DNA of 63,036 bases, counting the filler, from Basidiobolus ranarum (Eukaryota): the NCBI GenBank assembly GCA_040143965.1. It is 12 parts of 12 records of this genome, joined end to end, with 100 filler letters (N's around TTAATTAATTAA, not from the genome) between each part and the next. Parts side by side here need not be neighbours in the genome. Positions count along the whole stretch, not along the records: positions 36,876 to 42,033 come from JASJQH010001691.1; positions 42,134 to 47,290 come from JASJQH010001692.1; positions 47,391 to 52,541 come from JASJQH010001693.1; 9 more parts are not named here. The stretch is one strand, 5' to 3'. The notes beneath the pieces are model-generated. The model made no database searches, was not told where the DNA came from, and saw only the letters and a program-made list of their open reading frames with translations. Position numbers and translations under genes: made by a program. This document shows positions 36,968 to 47,985 of this stretch, in pieces. Positions within the stretch are counted from its first letter, which is position 1. Each line of letters starts with the position of its first letter.

Positions 36968-38304
36968 AGAAATGTTAAGATTCGAAGTTCTCATTAGTAA
37001 GCTAAAAGCATAAAATATTGAGTTATAAAGTGCAATTCTGGAATATTTTGACTATACATTGATTTGGGTGTGCCTACATTTTATCAATAAACTCTAATCT
37101 TTAAAATATATGGTCAACACCTGTAGTCGCTTCTACAGCATTACTACTAACAAAGCAAGAAACAAAGAAACACAACTTTAGGTAATACGAGTTCAAGAAA
37201 TTAAAGCAACACCCGTTAAAGTTAAGAATACCCAGGACCTGGATCTAACTCTGACTATATGGTAATTCTAATTACTAGCTACCCATTCTATTCGGGGAAT
37301 TTTTAATGAAAAAGCGTTCTGAAGGTATTTCCAAATAAGCTCACTCAACCCAAGAAGGTAATATGATATATGGAAGCTGAGGATTAACGCACAGTACCCA
37401 AACCTTCGGAATAATAGTCACTTAGAGTGCGATTATGAGCTACACATTAAGTAGGAATTTTTAGGAGGATTTCTTGGCTTATAGCCTCAACACACCGGAT
37501 GATCATCATCTAATCTAACAGCCGCTCAATCCTGACCGTTCGATAAAATTGGGAGCTATGTTCCAGTGTGCTTGCATGTGTGTATGGTATAAGAAACTTT
37601 CCCTAATATATATGTATCATACAATCCTCTTCACTACTGTACTCTGCAACGATTATTTAATTGCGGTTGTTAAGCACGCGCTAATAAAGAATTTCTCGTA
37701 ACGTTTCTCACTTGAATGTATAGACTATCTTTGCTGAGGCTTCTAATATTTTCAATAACTGTCTTTATCAGTAACACTAGCAGCCCAAGAGACAATTGGG
37801 GAACAACATACTAACTTTCAAAGTGTATACGACTGAGGAGTCACAGAATTAAATCAAATGATGCATTGAAATAGAATACTAATTGGGAAAGATAACAGCT
37901 AGCTTATGAATGCTTTCGTAAGATTGTGAAGTGAACTCGTCATGATCACCCTAAACCTTATTTGTTATGTATTAAAAGCATTTTACTTTAACAAACTAAA
38001 TCACTTGGTTGAGAATCATCAGAGAGGTACACGCTTATCCACACATACACTGTCAGTTGCAGGCATCAATATCTAGGAGATATAGTAGGAAATTACGTAC
38101 TTAATGACTAATAAGTAATGTTGGAGAAACATTTCTGACTTTACATATTTGATATCTCTCTTGGATTCTAATGAATATTCCCGATTGAGGTGTATTAGTC
38201 AGACTAACCAGATAAGGATATTATTTGAAAACGATATGTAACTCCGCAAAGTACTACCAATAAGGAGATGGGTAACCAGGCACTGATTGCATTTTCGGGT
38301 ATTG

Positions 38305-38390
38305 TGGATGATGAATGATAGATCATGTATAAGAAGGGAGAGTTGGATGATGAATGATAGATCATGTATATGAAGGGAGAGTTGGATGAT
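38305..38390. repeat. 39-bp tandem repeat, ~2.2 copies
   Basis: Unit TGGATGATGAATGATAGATCATGTATA(A/T)GAAGGGAGAGT. Confidence 0.95.
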
Positions 38391-38591
38391 CAGGATCCAC
38401 AGAAAAACTAGAGGAGCTGTAGTATTTCATTCTATGAATGACTTTTGAGTGAATGGTGAGAACCAAAAACCATCACCCCCAGTGAATAAACATACCATTA
38501 CCGCACAAAGTAAGATCAAGAGCCGTATTAGTTCAGAAATGTTATTATCACCATTTAACTGTAGATTCATGACGTAATCTTAAATGAATCC

Positions 38592-38657
38592 AATACTCTT
38601 TTCCCATTATGATATCTTGGAATACTCTTTTCCCATTATGATATCTTGGAATACTCT
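38592..38657. repeat. 29-bp tandem repeat, ~2.3 copies
   Basis: Unit AATACTCTTTTCCCATTATGATATCTTGG. Confidence 0.95.
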
Positions 38658-38955
38658 CCGTCGCCAATATTCTTTAGGTGCCCTTGTCTGCCTTTGTGTG
38701 CATAAAATAGGGGATATTATGTTCACTAGATCCATACACATATTTGTAGCCTCATATGTGTCATGTTTACAGAAGACACAACCAGGCCGCTACAAAAAAA
38801 CCTATATATATCCCACCAAAGCGACTGTTTCTCATCATCCTTTCTGTTCCAATTGCAACCTGCGTTGGTGATTCTGATCATTTCAAGGTACATAGGTGCT
38901 ACTGTGTATGCTTATATTTCTAGCTTCATAAACTAACTTGATTACAAACTTTAGT

Positions 38956-39453
38956 ATGTCACGCTCTATTCTGCTTTTCTTTCTGTTGATAAGCTTGGTT
39001 AGCGCTCAGGTTTCAGTGAACGTTGCTGTACCACAGGGTGTATATAGCATTGAGCGTCCACAAAACCAGCTTATTACAGCTCGAGAAAGTCGCCCAACTA
39101 GTCCGGCTTTTCTGCTACCTCCGACTGGCAACCCATCCGAGCAAGAATTCGAGATTAGCAGAAATTTGGATGGCACAGTGAGTATTCGAAATATCAGGTC
39201 TGGGCTCTACCTTAGTAGCAAAAACGTAGTCAATTCTCTCATTACCTTGGAAACACAACCAAAGAGTTGGACTCTAGCTCAAGGGGTTGAGCCTTCCAAC
39301 TATGTTATTCTGCTTCCAGGTGGGCCAGTTGACGGTCAAGTCCTAGTTATTGATATGTCGCTTTTAAGAATTTTCCCACCAAGACTTGCACTTCGACCAT
39401 TCAATCCGGAGAATGTGCAACGTCAACAATTTAGGTTTGAACGTCACGAATAG
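38956..39453 (+). CDS. Secreted beta-trefoil protein (ricin-B lectin / mycospin-like)
   Basis: Signal peptide ending VSA, with trefoil motifs GVYSI, QEFEI, GTVSIRNIRSGLYL and QQFRFE. TATA at ~38803 and a 5'UTR intron at 38888-38954 (GT..ACTAAC..AG). Confidence 0.75.
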   Translation: MSRSILLFFLLISLVSAQVSVNVAVPQGVYSIERPQNQLITARESRPTSPAFLLPPTGNPSEQEFEISRNLDGTVSIRNIRSGLYLSSKNVVNSLITLETQPKSWTLAQGVEPSNYVILLPGGPVDGQVLVIDMSLLRIFPPRLALRPFNPENVQRQQFRFERHE

Positions 39454-41916
39454 AGGCATTTGGTAAACTTAAAAATTTGAGAATCGCACATGTTGTTCCT
39501 GATGTAGAGGCATCGTGAAATAAATGTTGTATGATGTACCAGCGATATGATTAGAATCGCTGCTTGTTGTCATATCAATACGCTAGCACTATTTGAACAG
39601 TTGCTAAAAAATGATACTAACAATGTATATTTTGTCACTCTTTACTAGTGGTAATTACTACCTAATAGGTCGAGGGGAGGTAGATATTAGCATCAATTGG
39701 AATTTTGATGTTGTGGTAGGGATATGGATATGGATGTATCGACAAAATTCGATCTACTTGTGCGCTAGAATTATGAGTAGTAATGAAGGATTGAGGATAT
39801 ACTGTTGAGTGAGCACAGATATTACCTGTATTGTGATATACTTAGGGTTAGTAAATGTTAGCAATAGTAATAATATAGATTTAACTTACTGTTCAGGCTA
39901 TTCTAGTCACAATTCAATTACAAAGCTCTCAATAATAATTCTACTAGTCTGCTGAACTTAAGGGTTAGTGTTAGGACTATAGTGATTAGCACGCCAATCT
40001 CACTAAATACTTTTCAAGAATTAGCAAACATTGATGAAAGTCAACCGATCAGATTAAGGGTTAGGGTATAAAATGCGAGAATATGGGTTAGGGGTAACAA
40101 GCAATCCATACATATTCTATTTCCCGGACTATCTGGCTACGAATAAATAGCCATTCAAATAAATATTCTGTTTGCTGCGCTCACTTCAATTGTATAGCTT
40201 GATTATGTAGTCACAGTTTCAGTTCTGTAAGCATTTCAGTTTCACAGTACTCACGATCCTTTTTTCCATGAATATCGATTTACCCATATGCCCAGTTTTT
40301 TATTTGCTACTTCTTTCTTTGGCTATGTAACCTTCCAGCATAGATGTTACTTCCATATATAATCTACTCCCACACAGTGCTGGAGAACAAACCTTTAACT
40401 TTCCCATTACTATTCATCAAAGCATTATGAGGTTACACACTTAACATTCTCGTCGTTTGTATCTTTATTTCACTTACACAAACCGCTTTGTACTCAGCTC
40501 CAACGTTTTTCGATTAGAGAACATACATAACGTATCAATTACCACTCCGATCATCCAGCTGTCAAGTCGCATCACAACTATTACCGCCGGATATGCAACT
40601 TACAAAACCATTAGTAATCCTATTCAACCACAGAAAATCCAGTTGTGTTGGACTTTATTCTTCAATAGCAATAGTACGACTCTTGTCTATCCGTAGGTTA
40701 TTAATTTGAGTTCACTTGGCTATATCGCCTACATGTCAAGCCCTTTTGCTTTACTGCTCAGTATTGGTCATCTCTACTACTATTCATGTCCGTGGAAATA
40801 ATTTCCAGTCTTCCAATGAGTTAAGTAACTATGGCACATACAAGCTCTAGATTCTGCTGGTCCTGTATGAGGCAATCGATCTATCAGTAGATTGTAACGA
40901 TTCGTTATCGAGCAACATGAATACAGAAATAGAAAGAGCAGTGGCAAACCAGACTGCTCAAATTCAAAGCGCATTCGTACTCCACATTTCGACAATTTAG
41001 GTAGTGACCAGAGCAATGGTGAAAGAACTTCTGCTTCACAACCACAGTGAACACAAGTAAGGAACTACTGCTACTTATTCTCTATAGAAAGTTCGTTCAT
41101 TCAACGAAGTTGTCCAAATTTCCGATCAGCGAGAGAATCACCACTTTCCAATATGGCCGTATTGCTATTTCCTTAAATGGCTAATTTTGAGATTGCGTTT
41201 TCTATTACTGCCACAAGTATCTTGTCCAATGATATCTCAATCATGGAGCTCTAATCACTAATCAAAAACAATTGGGTGAACTTCGATTTCAAGTTACCGA
41301 GCTATATCCCAATTTCTGGAATACTTGATGAATCCGGATTCAATCAGCATTTTATGTGATTGGTGTGATTTTCTTATACAATCCGGTAGTGGAGAACTTG
41401 TTTATTGCCTCAACTGAGGGCCGAGTGGCTTTAAGCTCCACACTATCCACACTCTATTTTTATCACTCAATCATATGATAATTAAGGAATTCAATCCTCA
41501 TTTTTATTCGCAATTCAATAACGATAATTCCAAACTTCACCTACTGACTGTACTTGAAGTGATCTGGCTTAGTTATTATGCATGTGATGAGAAAATTATC
41601 AAAAAATTGATTTATTTTTATTGAAAATGGGAAAGTAATTAGCACGAGTCGCAGATTATTATATTGGTTGGTTCAACACTACCTTATTGTAAACACCTGA
41701 ACTTGTAATGAAATGGTGGAGACGGGATTTGACTATAGAAGAAATGACAAGGCTCCACGACATGAGAACCGCGGGAGTATTCTTTGGTCAGCTTACGTTA
41801 GGATTCATGGTAAATGGATTCGAATAGAGAGTAACGGACTGTATAAAAGGGGAACATTTCATTTGTGAGTAGGCATCATCCCGAGATTCAAGCTGCTCTC
41901 TGCTCAACAAACTAGA

Positions 41917-42033
41917 ATGTTCAAATCAGCCATTACTCTTTCTCTCTGCCTCCTATCTGCTCAGGCTATTCTTGGAGCTCAATTTGCAGGATACGCTGAC
42001 CTTCACCAGAAGTCATCTCTGAGCAAGCGTGAC
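41917..42033 (+). CDS. Secreted preproprotein N-terminus (truncated)
   Basis: MFKSAITLSLCLLSAQA signal peptide, LSKR Kex2-like site, TATAAAAG at ~41842. Confidence 0.65.
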
Positions 42034-42133
42034 NNNNNNNNNNNNNNNNNNNNNNNNNNNNNNNNNNNNNNNNNNNNTTAATTAATTAANNNNNNNNNNN
42101 NNNNNNNNNNNNNNNNNNNNNNNNNNNNNNNNN

Positions 42134-42156
42134 ACGTTAGCGTTGAATTTATCCAT
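42134..42156 (-). CDS. CsbD/LEA-like copy 0 (first codons only)
   Basis: MDKFNANV at the contig end, with the same upstream spacer as copy 2. Confidence 0.8.
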
Positions 42157-42515
42157 TTTGATTGTTAATAGATTTTTGAAGTGTGAAGTTAGTTGCTGAG
42201 GATGGGATCGTTGATATGATTGTAAAGCTCTTGCGCACCTATCTATATTTATATGAATACTTCAATCCAAATGGTTTTTGTGACGTTATAATGAAATAAA
42301 CCTCATAGTGATTTTGTTCTGATGTCGATTTACATGTGATATTCCAGTTATTATTAGAGTATATATAGATGTGAACAAATGATGATGCAATCTCAGTTAC
42401 TAATTAATTAAATGTCAACAGGTAAACATGATCAACTGTGGCTATATAACACTGCAATGATCTCCAGTCAATACAATCAACAAACCAATTCAACCTACTT
42501 TCAATAACCAAAATC

Positions 42516-42806
42516 ATGGATAAATTCAACGCCAACGTCAAGTCTACCTCCGGAGCCGTCAAGGAGAATGTCGGCAGTGCTTTTGGCAACGAGCAAATGC
42601 AAGCTGAAGGAAAGGCCAGAAGAGCTGAGGGTAATGCTGAATATAAGAAAGCTCAAGCTGAGGGTTACGCTCAAGGTGCTGGTGAGAAGCTTAAGGGCAA
42701 TGTCAAGAACACAGTTGGCAGTGCAGTGGGAAATGAGCAAATGGAAGCTGAGGGCAAAGCTGGCCGTGTCAAAGGTGACGCTCGTATGGAAGCCAACTCC
42801 AATTAA
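42516..42806 (+). CDS. CsbD-like two-repeat hydrophilin, copy 1 (96 aa)
   Basis: Two repeats of G..K..VG.A.GNEQM.AEGKA....G. Rich in G/A/E/K. Confidence 0.88.
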   Translation: MDKFNANVKSTSGAVKENVGSAFGNEQMQAEGKARRAEGNAEYKKAQAEGYAQGAGEKLKGNVKNTVGSAVGNEQMEAEGKAGRVKGDARMEANSN

Positions 42807-43370
42807 TGAGCGACTTCGATACCAATTTGTAAATAAACAGAACGTCATATGGAAATTCAAATCAAGTACTTTATTGTATATCTGCTCTTTATTGTCGTAA
42901 ACAATTTACATTTTAAAATGAGAATGGGAATATACTTTCCAATGCTTCTACTGTGCACTTACTGAATTATATTAAAAGTAGTTGATGTACTCTATAGTAG
43001 TTGATATACATGGTTGCTTCGAGATAATTATTTGGATTACGACTGGGGTAGAGCTAGTATCTATAAAAATATGCAAGATAAATTCTCATACCCTCAAGGA
43101 GAATAACTACTCCCTTGACGGTTAACATCACAAATTGATTTTGCTGTTCTTTTAGGGCGCCGTATTCTCATAACTATGTGAGAAGTATTTTTAAGAACCT
43201 CCTGAATATGCTATCATGAAAGGTCGGTACTGTGAACAAAAGATAACAGCTGAAACTGTATCAATATCAGTGTATATATATATAATAACACATGTGCATA
43301 TTATAAGATAAGCAATTGGAATTCATCAGGGCGTGTTTATTTTATTTACAATTCTTTACTGGCTCTCTAA

Positions 43371-43661
43371 CTAATTGGAATTGGCCTCCATACGAGCGTC
43401 ACCTTTGACACGGCCAGCTTTGCCCTCAGCTTCCATTTGCTCATTTCCCACTGCACTGCCAACTGTGTTCTTGACATTGCCCTTCAGTTTCTCACCAGCA
43501 CCTTGAGCATAACCTTCAGCTTGGGCTTTCTTATATTCAGCATTACCCTCAGCTCTTCTGGCCTTTCCTTCAGCTTGCATCTGCTCGTTACCGAAAGCAC
43601 TGCCGACATTCTCCTTGACGGCTCCGGAGGTAGATTTGACGTTAGCGTTGAATTTGTCCAT
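43371..43661 (-). CDS. CsbD-like copy 2 (96 aa)
   Basis: Protein identical to copy 1. Confidence 0.88.
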   Translation of the reverse strand: MDKFNANVKSTSGAVKENVGSAFGNEQMQAEGKARRAEGNAEYKKAQAEGYAQGAGEKLKGNVKNTVGSAVGNEQMEAEGKAGRVKGDARMEANSN

Positions 43662-44019
43662 TTTGATTGTTAGTAGATTTTGTAGTGCGACGTTAGCTGT
43701 TGAGGATGGCAACGTTGATATGATTATAAAATCCTTGCACACCCATCTATATTTATATGAAAACTTTAGTCCAAATGATTTTTGTGACGTTAGAATGAAA
43801 TTAACCTCATATAGTGATTTTGTTCTAACGTCGATTTACATGTGATATTCTAGTCATTATTAGAGTATATATAGATGTGAACAAATGATGATGCAATCTC
43901 AGTTACTAATTAATCTAATGTCAACAGGTAAACATAATCAACCGAGACTATATAACTCTGCAAAAATCCCGGTAAATTCAATCAACAAACTCATACGACC
44001 TACTTTCAACAACTAAATC
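43662..44019. promoter_or_regulatory. Bidirectional promoter of a CsbD-like pair (homologues at 42157-42515 and, inverted, 45041-45390)
   Basis: Conserved ~355-bp spacer between head-to-head ATGs, TATA-like boxes near each end, and a TGACGT CRE-like motif. Confidence 0.7.
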
Positions 44020-44310
44020 ATGGATAAGTTCAACGCCAACGTCAAGTCTACCTCCGGGGCCGTCAAGGAGAATGTGGGTAGTGCTATCGGTAACGAACAA
44101 ATGCAAGCTGAAGGAAAGGCCAGAAGAGCTGAAGGTAATGCTGAATACAAGAAAGCCCAAGCTGAAGGTTACGCTCAAGGTGCCGGTGAGAAACTAAAGG
44201 GAAACGTTAAGAACACTGTTGGCAGTGCCGTTGGAAATGAACAAATGGAAGCTGAGGGCAAGGCTGGACGTGTTAAAGGAGAGGCTCGCATGGAAGCTAA
44301 TTCCAATTAA
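44020..44310 (+). CDS. CsbD-like copy 3 (96 aa)
   Basis: 2 aa differences from copy 1. Confidence 0.88.
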   Translation: MDKFNANVKSTSGAVKENVGSAIGNEQMQAEGKARRAEGNAEYKKAQAEGYAQGAGEKLKGNVKNTVGSAVGNEQMEAEGKAGRVKGEARMEANSN

Positions 44311-44749
44311 TGAGCGACTTCGATATTAATTTGTAAATAAACAGAATGAAATTTGAAAACTTTAAACCAATCTCGTTTTATTGCACATCTTTTCTTTAAA
44401 TATAGCAAATAATTCACATTTTAGAATGCACAATTGGAATATGCTTGCTAATACTTCTGTACACTTTATGAACTATAGGATTAGCCGTTCCATATATGTG
44501 GTTGGCTTTAAGGACCATTACTTCGATTGCCACTGTGGTTGAGCTAATATCTTGGAAAAATATTCCTAAAAACAGGCAAAACGTATCTTCAAGAGAAGAG
44601 AAGAACACTCCACAAATATCGCATGGGTGCTGGGTGAGATATATAACATTCACTTAAGGCATCCTATACTATATCAACTTGTTGATCACTTTGCGGTTTT
44701 GTGACAGATGTAATTTATTTATTTACAAAGAAGAAACAATTGGAGATGA

Positions 44750-45040
44750 TTAATTAGAATTAGCTTCCATACGAGCTTCACCTTTGACTCTGCCCACTTT
44801 TCCTTCGGCTTCCATTTGTTCATTTCCTACTGCACAGCCAACTGTGTTCTTGACATTGCCCTTAAGCTTCTCACCAGCACCTTGAGCGTAACCCTCAGCT
44901 TGGGCTTTCTTGTATTCAGCATTACCTTCAGCTCTTCTGGCTTTTCCTTCAGCTTGCATCTGCTCGTTACCGAAAGCACTACCGACATTTTCTTTGATGG
45001 CTCCGGAGGTTGACTTGACATTAGCGTTAAATTTATCCAT
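44750..45040 (-). CDS. CsbD-like copy 4 (96 aa)
   Basis: 4 aa differences from copy 1. Confidence 0.88.
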   Translation of the reverse strand: MDKFNANVKSTSGAIKENVGSAFGNEQMQAEGKARRAEGNAEYKKAQAEGYAQGAGEKLKGNVKNTVGCAVGNEQMEAEGKVGRVKGEARMEANSN

Positions 45041-45390
45041 GATTTTGGTTGTTAGATGAGTTTGTTGATAACTTTCGTTTGCCATTGCTCCAGTGTTATA
45101 TATTCACGATTAATCATGCTAGTATGTTGAAATTTAATCAAATTAGTAATTGAGATTATATCATCATTTGTCCACATCTGTATATACTCCAATGATGACT
45201 GGAATACCACATGTAAACCGACGTCAGAATAAAACTACTATATGAGGTTAATTTCATTCTGATGTCACAAAATTCATTTGGACTGAAGTATTCACATAAA
45301 TACAGATGGATGCGCAGGGACTTTACATACATATCAACAATCCCATCATCAGCAAGTAACCTCACACTTTAAAATCTACTAACAATCAAA

Positions 45391-45681
45391 ATGGATAAAT
45401 TCAACGCTAACGTCAAGTCTACCTCCGGAGCCGTCAAAGAAAATGTCGGTAGTGCTTTCGGTAATGAACAGATGCAAGCCGAAGGAAAGGCCAGAAGAGC
45501 CGAAGGTAATGCTGAATACAAGAAAGCTCAAGCTGAAGGTTATGCTCAAGGTGCTGGTGAGAAACTAAAGGGTAATGTCAAGAACACAGTTGGCAGTGCA
45601 GTGGGAAATGAACAAATGGAAGCTGAGGGCAAAGCCGGTCGTGTCAAAGGCGACGCTCGTATGGAGGCCAATTCCAATTAG
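45391..45681 (+). CDS. CsbD-like copy 5 (96 aa)
   Basis: Protein identical to copy 1. Confidence 0.88.
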   Translation: MDKFNANVKSTSGAVKENVGSAFGNEQMQAEGKARRAEGNAEYKKAQAEGYAQGAGEKLKGNVKNTVGSAVGNEQMEAEGKAGRVKGDARMEANSN

Positions 45682-47000
45682 TAATAGAATAGTATTAATC
45701 TGTAAATGAACTGAAAGAATCACTAAAAATAAATCAATGTAACTGGACATCATAAATATATTTCTTTAACTCAATACATAGGTTTAGTAATCTGGGAACT
45801 GAAAATATTGTGATTCCCATTTTGAAGTATAAGATGAACATGGAATTTTTGTCTCTTTAAAATATTTAGCAAGTGTAGTCCGAAAATGGTTTCTTTTATT
45901 TCCTCGTGTGTTTGAAAGTATTTAGAAAGTCACCATATGGTTCAACTCTTGGATCTTAAATACCAAATTTTACAAAAATATTTATATAATGCCGAATGTG
46001 AGCTTTTTTGTTAACTAAATTATGCAGATAATATTAATAAACCCAGGGCAAGATAGATGCGTGTTGAGTTTTTGACTTGCACAGTCTAGTAAGCCTACAT
46101 ATAAAAAGAAACTAAGAGTAAGGATATACACTATTGCTCATACATGATTCACTTTGTTTACAAGCATTCTTCGAACGAATATATCTCTTCATTCACCGCA
46201 TGATTCAACTTCACATTTAACACAAAGCCGAATTAGAACCCGAATAATAGTCTCTGGCATGACGAAAGTGATTTCACCATTCTTTGTGATGTATATATAT
46301 AGTGATTTTCCTTACTATCAGTAAATCAGTTTTGAACTCATATTTTGATACATTTTCTTTTCGACAGTAACAAATTTTTGGCTTACCCTATTGTTCAAGG
46401 TGATCTTGACATAGAAATACATGAAACTGGAGATACATTATGGCAAGTTAAATGTGCCTTGATCAGTACTTGTTAGATTTAGGATCAAGATGGCCTCTCA
46501 AAAAGCGATCTTATTGCGGTTGAAATAGCAATATAATATATCATAGTCCTCCTTATTGCCTACTCATATTCAATTTGGTTTTACAAAGTACTCTGTGTAG
46601 CTTTTTGTTGTTTGGGAAGATCAGCAAGGTCATTGAACTTGTACAAGAAGTGAAGTAAATAAATGTAGGTTATATCACCTAGAGTAGTGGAATAATTCTC
46701 ATAATATCAAAGACTGACATTTGGGCTATAAATAAGCTGTGTGGCAAATATTGAACTGTAGGATAGAGTGAATGCAGGTATACTGTCATTTAAAAAATGC
46801 TTGAAAATCAAGGGAATCAATTATGAGCATATGTCAGAAATTGTATTTATACCTCATCATGTACAATATTAGGAAAACATAAATGGCCTTCTGTAGTGTT
46901 AAGCATCAAATGGAACTCTTTTTTTCATAATTTCTCACTGCTTTATTCCAGTTACTGAAGGACAACTTGAGTGGAGAGAGAACACAACCAATGTGTTTAA

Positions 47001-47290
47001 TGTTAAAATATTTTGGGAGCCTATAGGAAGTGGTTTGGAGAAATAGAGAAATCGGTGGTTTTCACGTATTGAGTTGACATTTATAGTTTTGTCAAGATGT
47101 AAACAAACAAACGTGTAGAATGTGTTAAGGAAGGTCCCAGGAACATGCGTGCAAGTTTGGGGCTTCTTTGGAAAATCTATATATCTGAGAACCTCTAAGT
47201 ATATTACTCATGTGATATCTTAGTTCAATATAGGATAACTAAATACTAAGCTATATATGACTATATAGGTGTTTAGGCAATGCTAATTTC
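47001..47290 (-). mobile_element. LTR-A copy with internal deletions, running to contig end
   Basis: Homologous to 35859-36206. Confidence 0.88.
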
Positions 47291-47703
47291 NNNNNNNNNN
47301 NNNNNNNNNNNNNNNNNNNNNNNNNNNNNNNNNNTTAATTAATTAANNNNNNNNNNNNNNNNNNNNNNNNNNNNNNNNNNNNNNNNNNNNATTTGAATTT
47401 TAGCCCTTCAGAGGTGGCCTTGAATCCAGATATAAATTCTTGGTAATATCTGGAACATGTGGTACTTTTTAAAAGTATACACATTCTCTTCGGAAGCTCC
47501 AGTCAAATTGGCTTGATTTGTTCCCATTCCAACAGCATCCAATATGCAGCCATCTCTCATGAAAGCCTTTCTAATTGTGATTTCTTTCATAAGGTATTTG
47601 GAAGCCTGTTGGAGGTGGTTTGGAGAATTGGAGGAACTGGTGGATTTCACTTATTGCTTGTTTCAGTAGCAAGTTGATATTTATAGTTTTGTCAAGATGT
47701 AAA

Positions 47704-47985
47704 TATTAACATTATTTAGGGAGGTATATTGGTCTGTCCAGGACTTGAACCTGGGACCTCCTTCACTCTAGCAAGGTGCTGTAACCACTGAGCTACCAGT
47801 CCTTGTATACTATGCCTATGTTACTAGTGAACCTTAACCTAGTCTGTCAATGTATGGTACTTTGGCATATCTGCTTTACAAGCAACTGATTGGCCTTAAA
47901 CTTTGTGCTTAGAGGCAGTCACCTTTCTCCATATTTTCCTCTTTGGGAATTACTGCTTGTACCACAAGTCACCAGACTTTCAACA
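47704..47985. mobile_element. 282-bp solo LTR-like insertion carrying a tRNA-like sequence; TSD GTAAA/GTAAG
   Basis: Interrupts LTR-A exactly at GATGTAAA|CAAAC. Termini are TATTAA...TCAACA. Confidence 0.75.
47730..47802 (-). pseudogene. tRNA-like sequence (73 nt) inside the inserted LTR
   Basis: GGACTGGTAGCTCAGTGGTTACAGCACCTTGCTAGAGTGAAGGAGGTCCCAGGTTCAAGTCCTGGACAGACCA has A-box, B-box and a paired T-arm. Acceptor and anticodon stems are mispaired. Confidence 0.8.

Noticed and set aside
38305-38657. CRISPR-like array from the 39-bp and 29-bp repeats
   Set aside because: Direct tandem duplications with no spacers, no cas genes, and a eukaryotic context.
42501-42900. Antisense and alternative-frame ORFs over the CsbD-like genes
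   Set aside because: Shadow ORFs of a biased, repetitive coding sequence. Their lengths are not conserved between copies.
47730-47802. Functional tRNA-Ser(AGA) gene
   Set aside because: Mismatches in the acceptor and anticodon stems, no long variable arm, and it lies inside a mobile insert.
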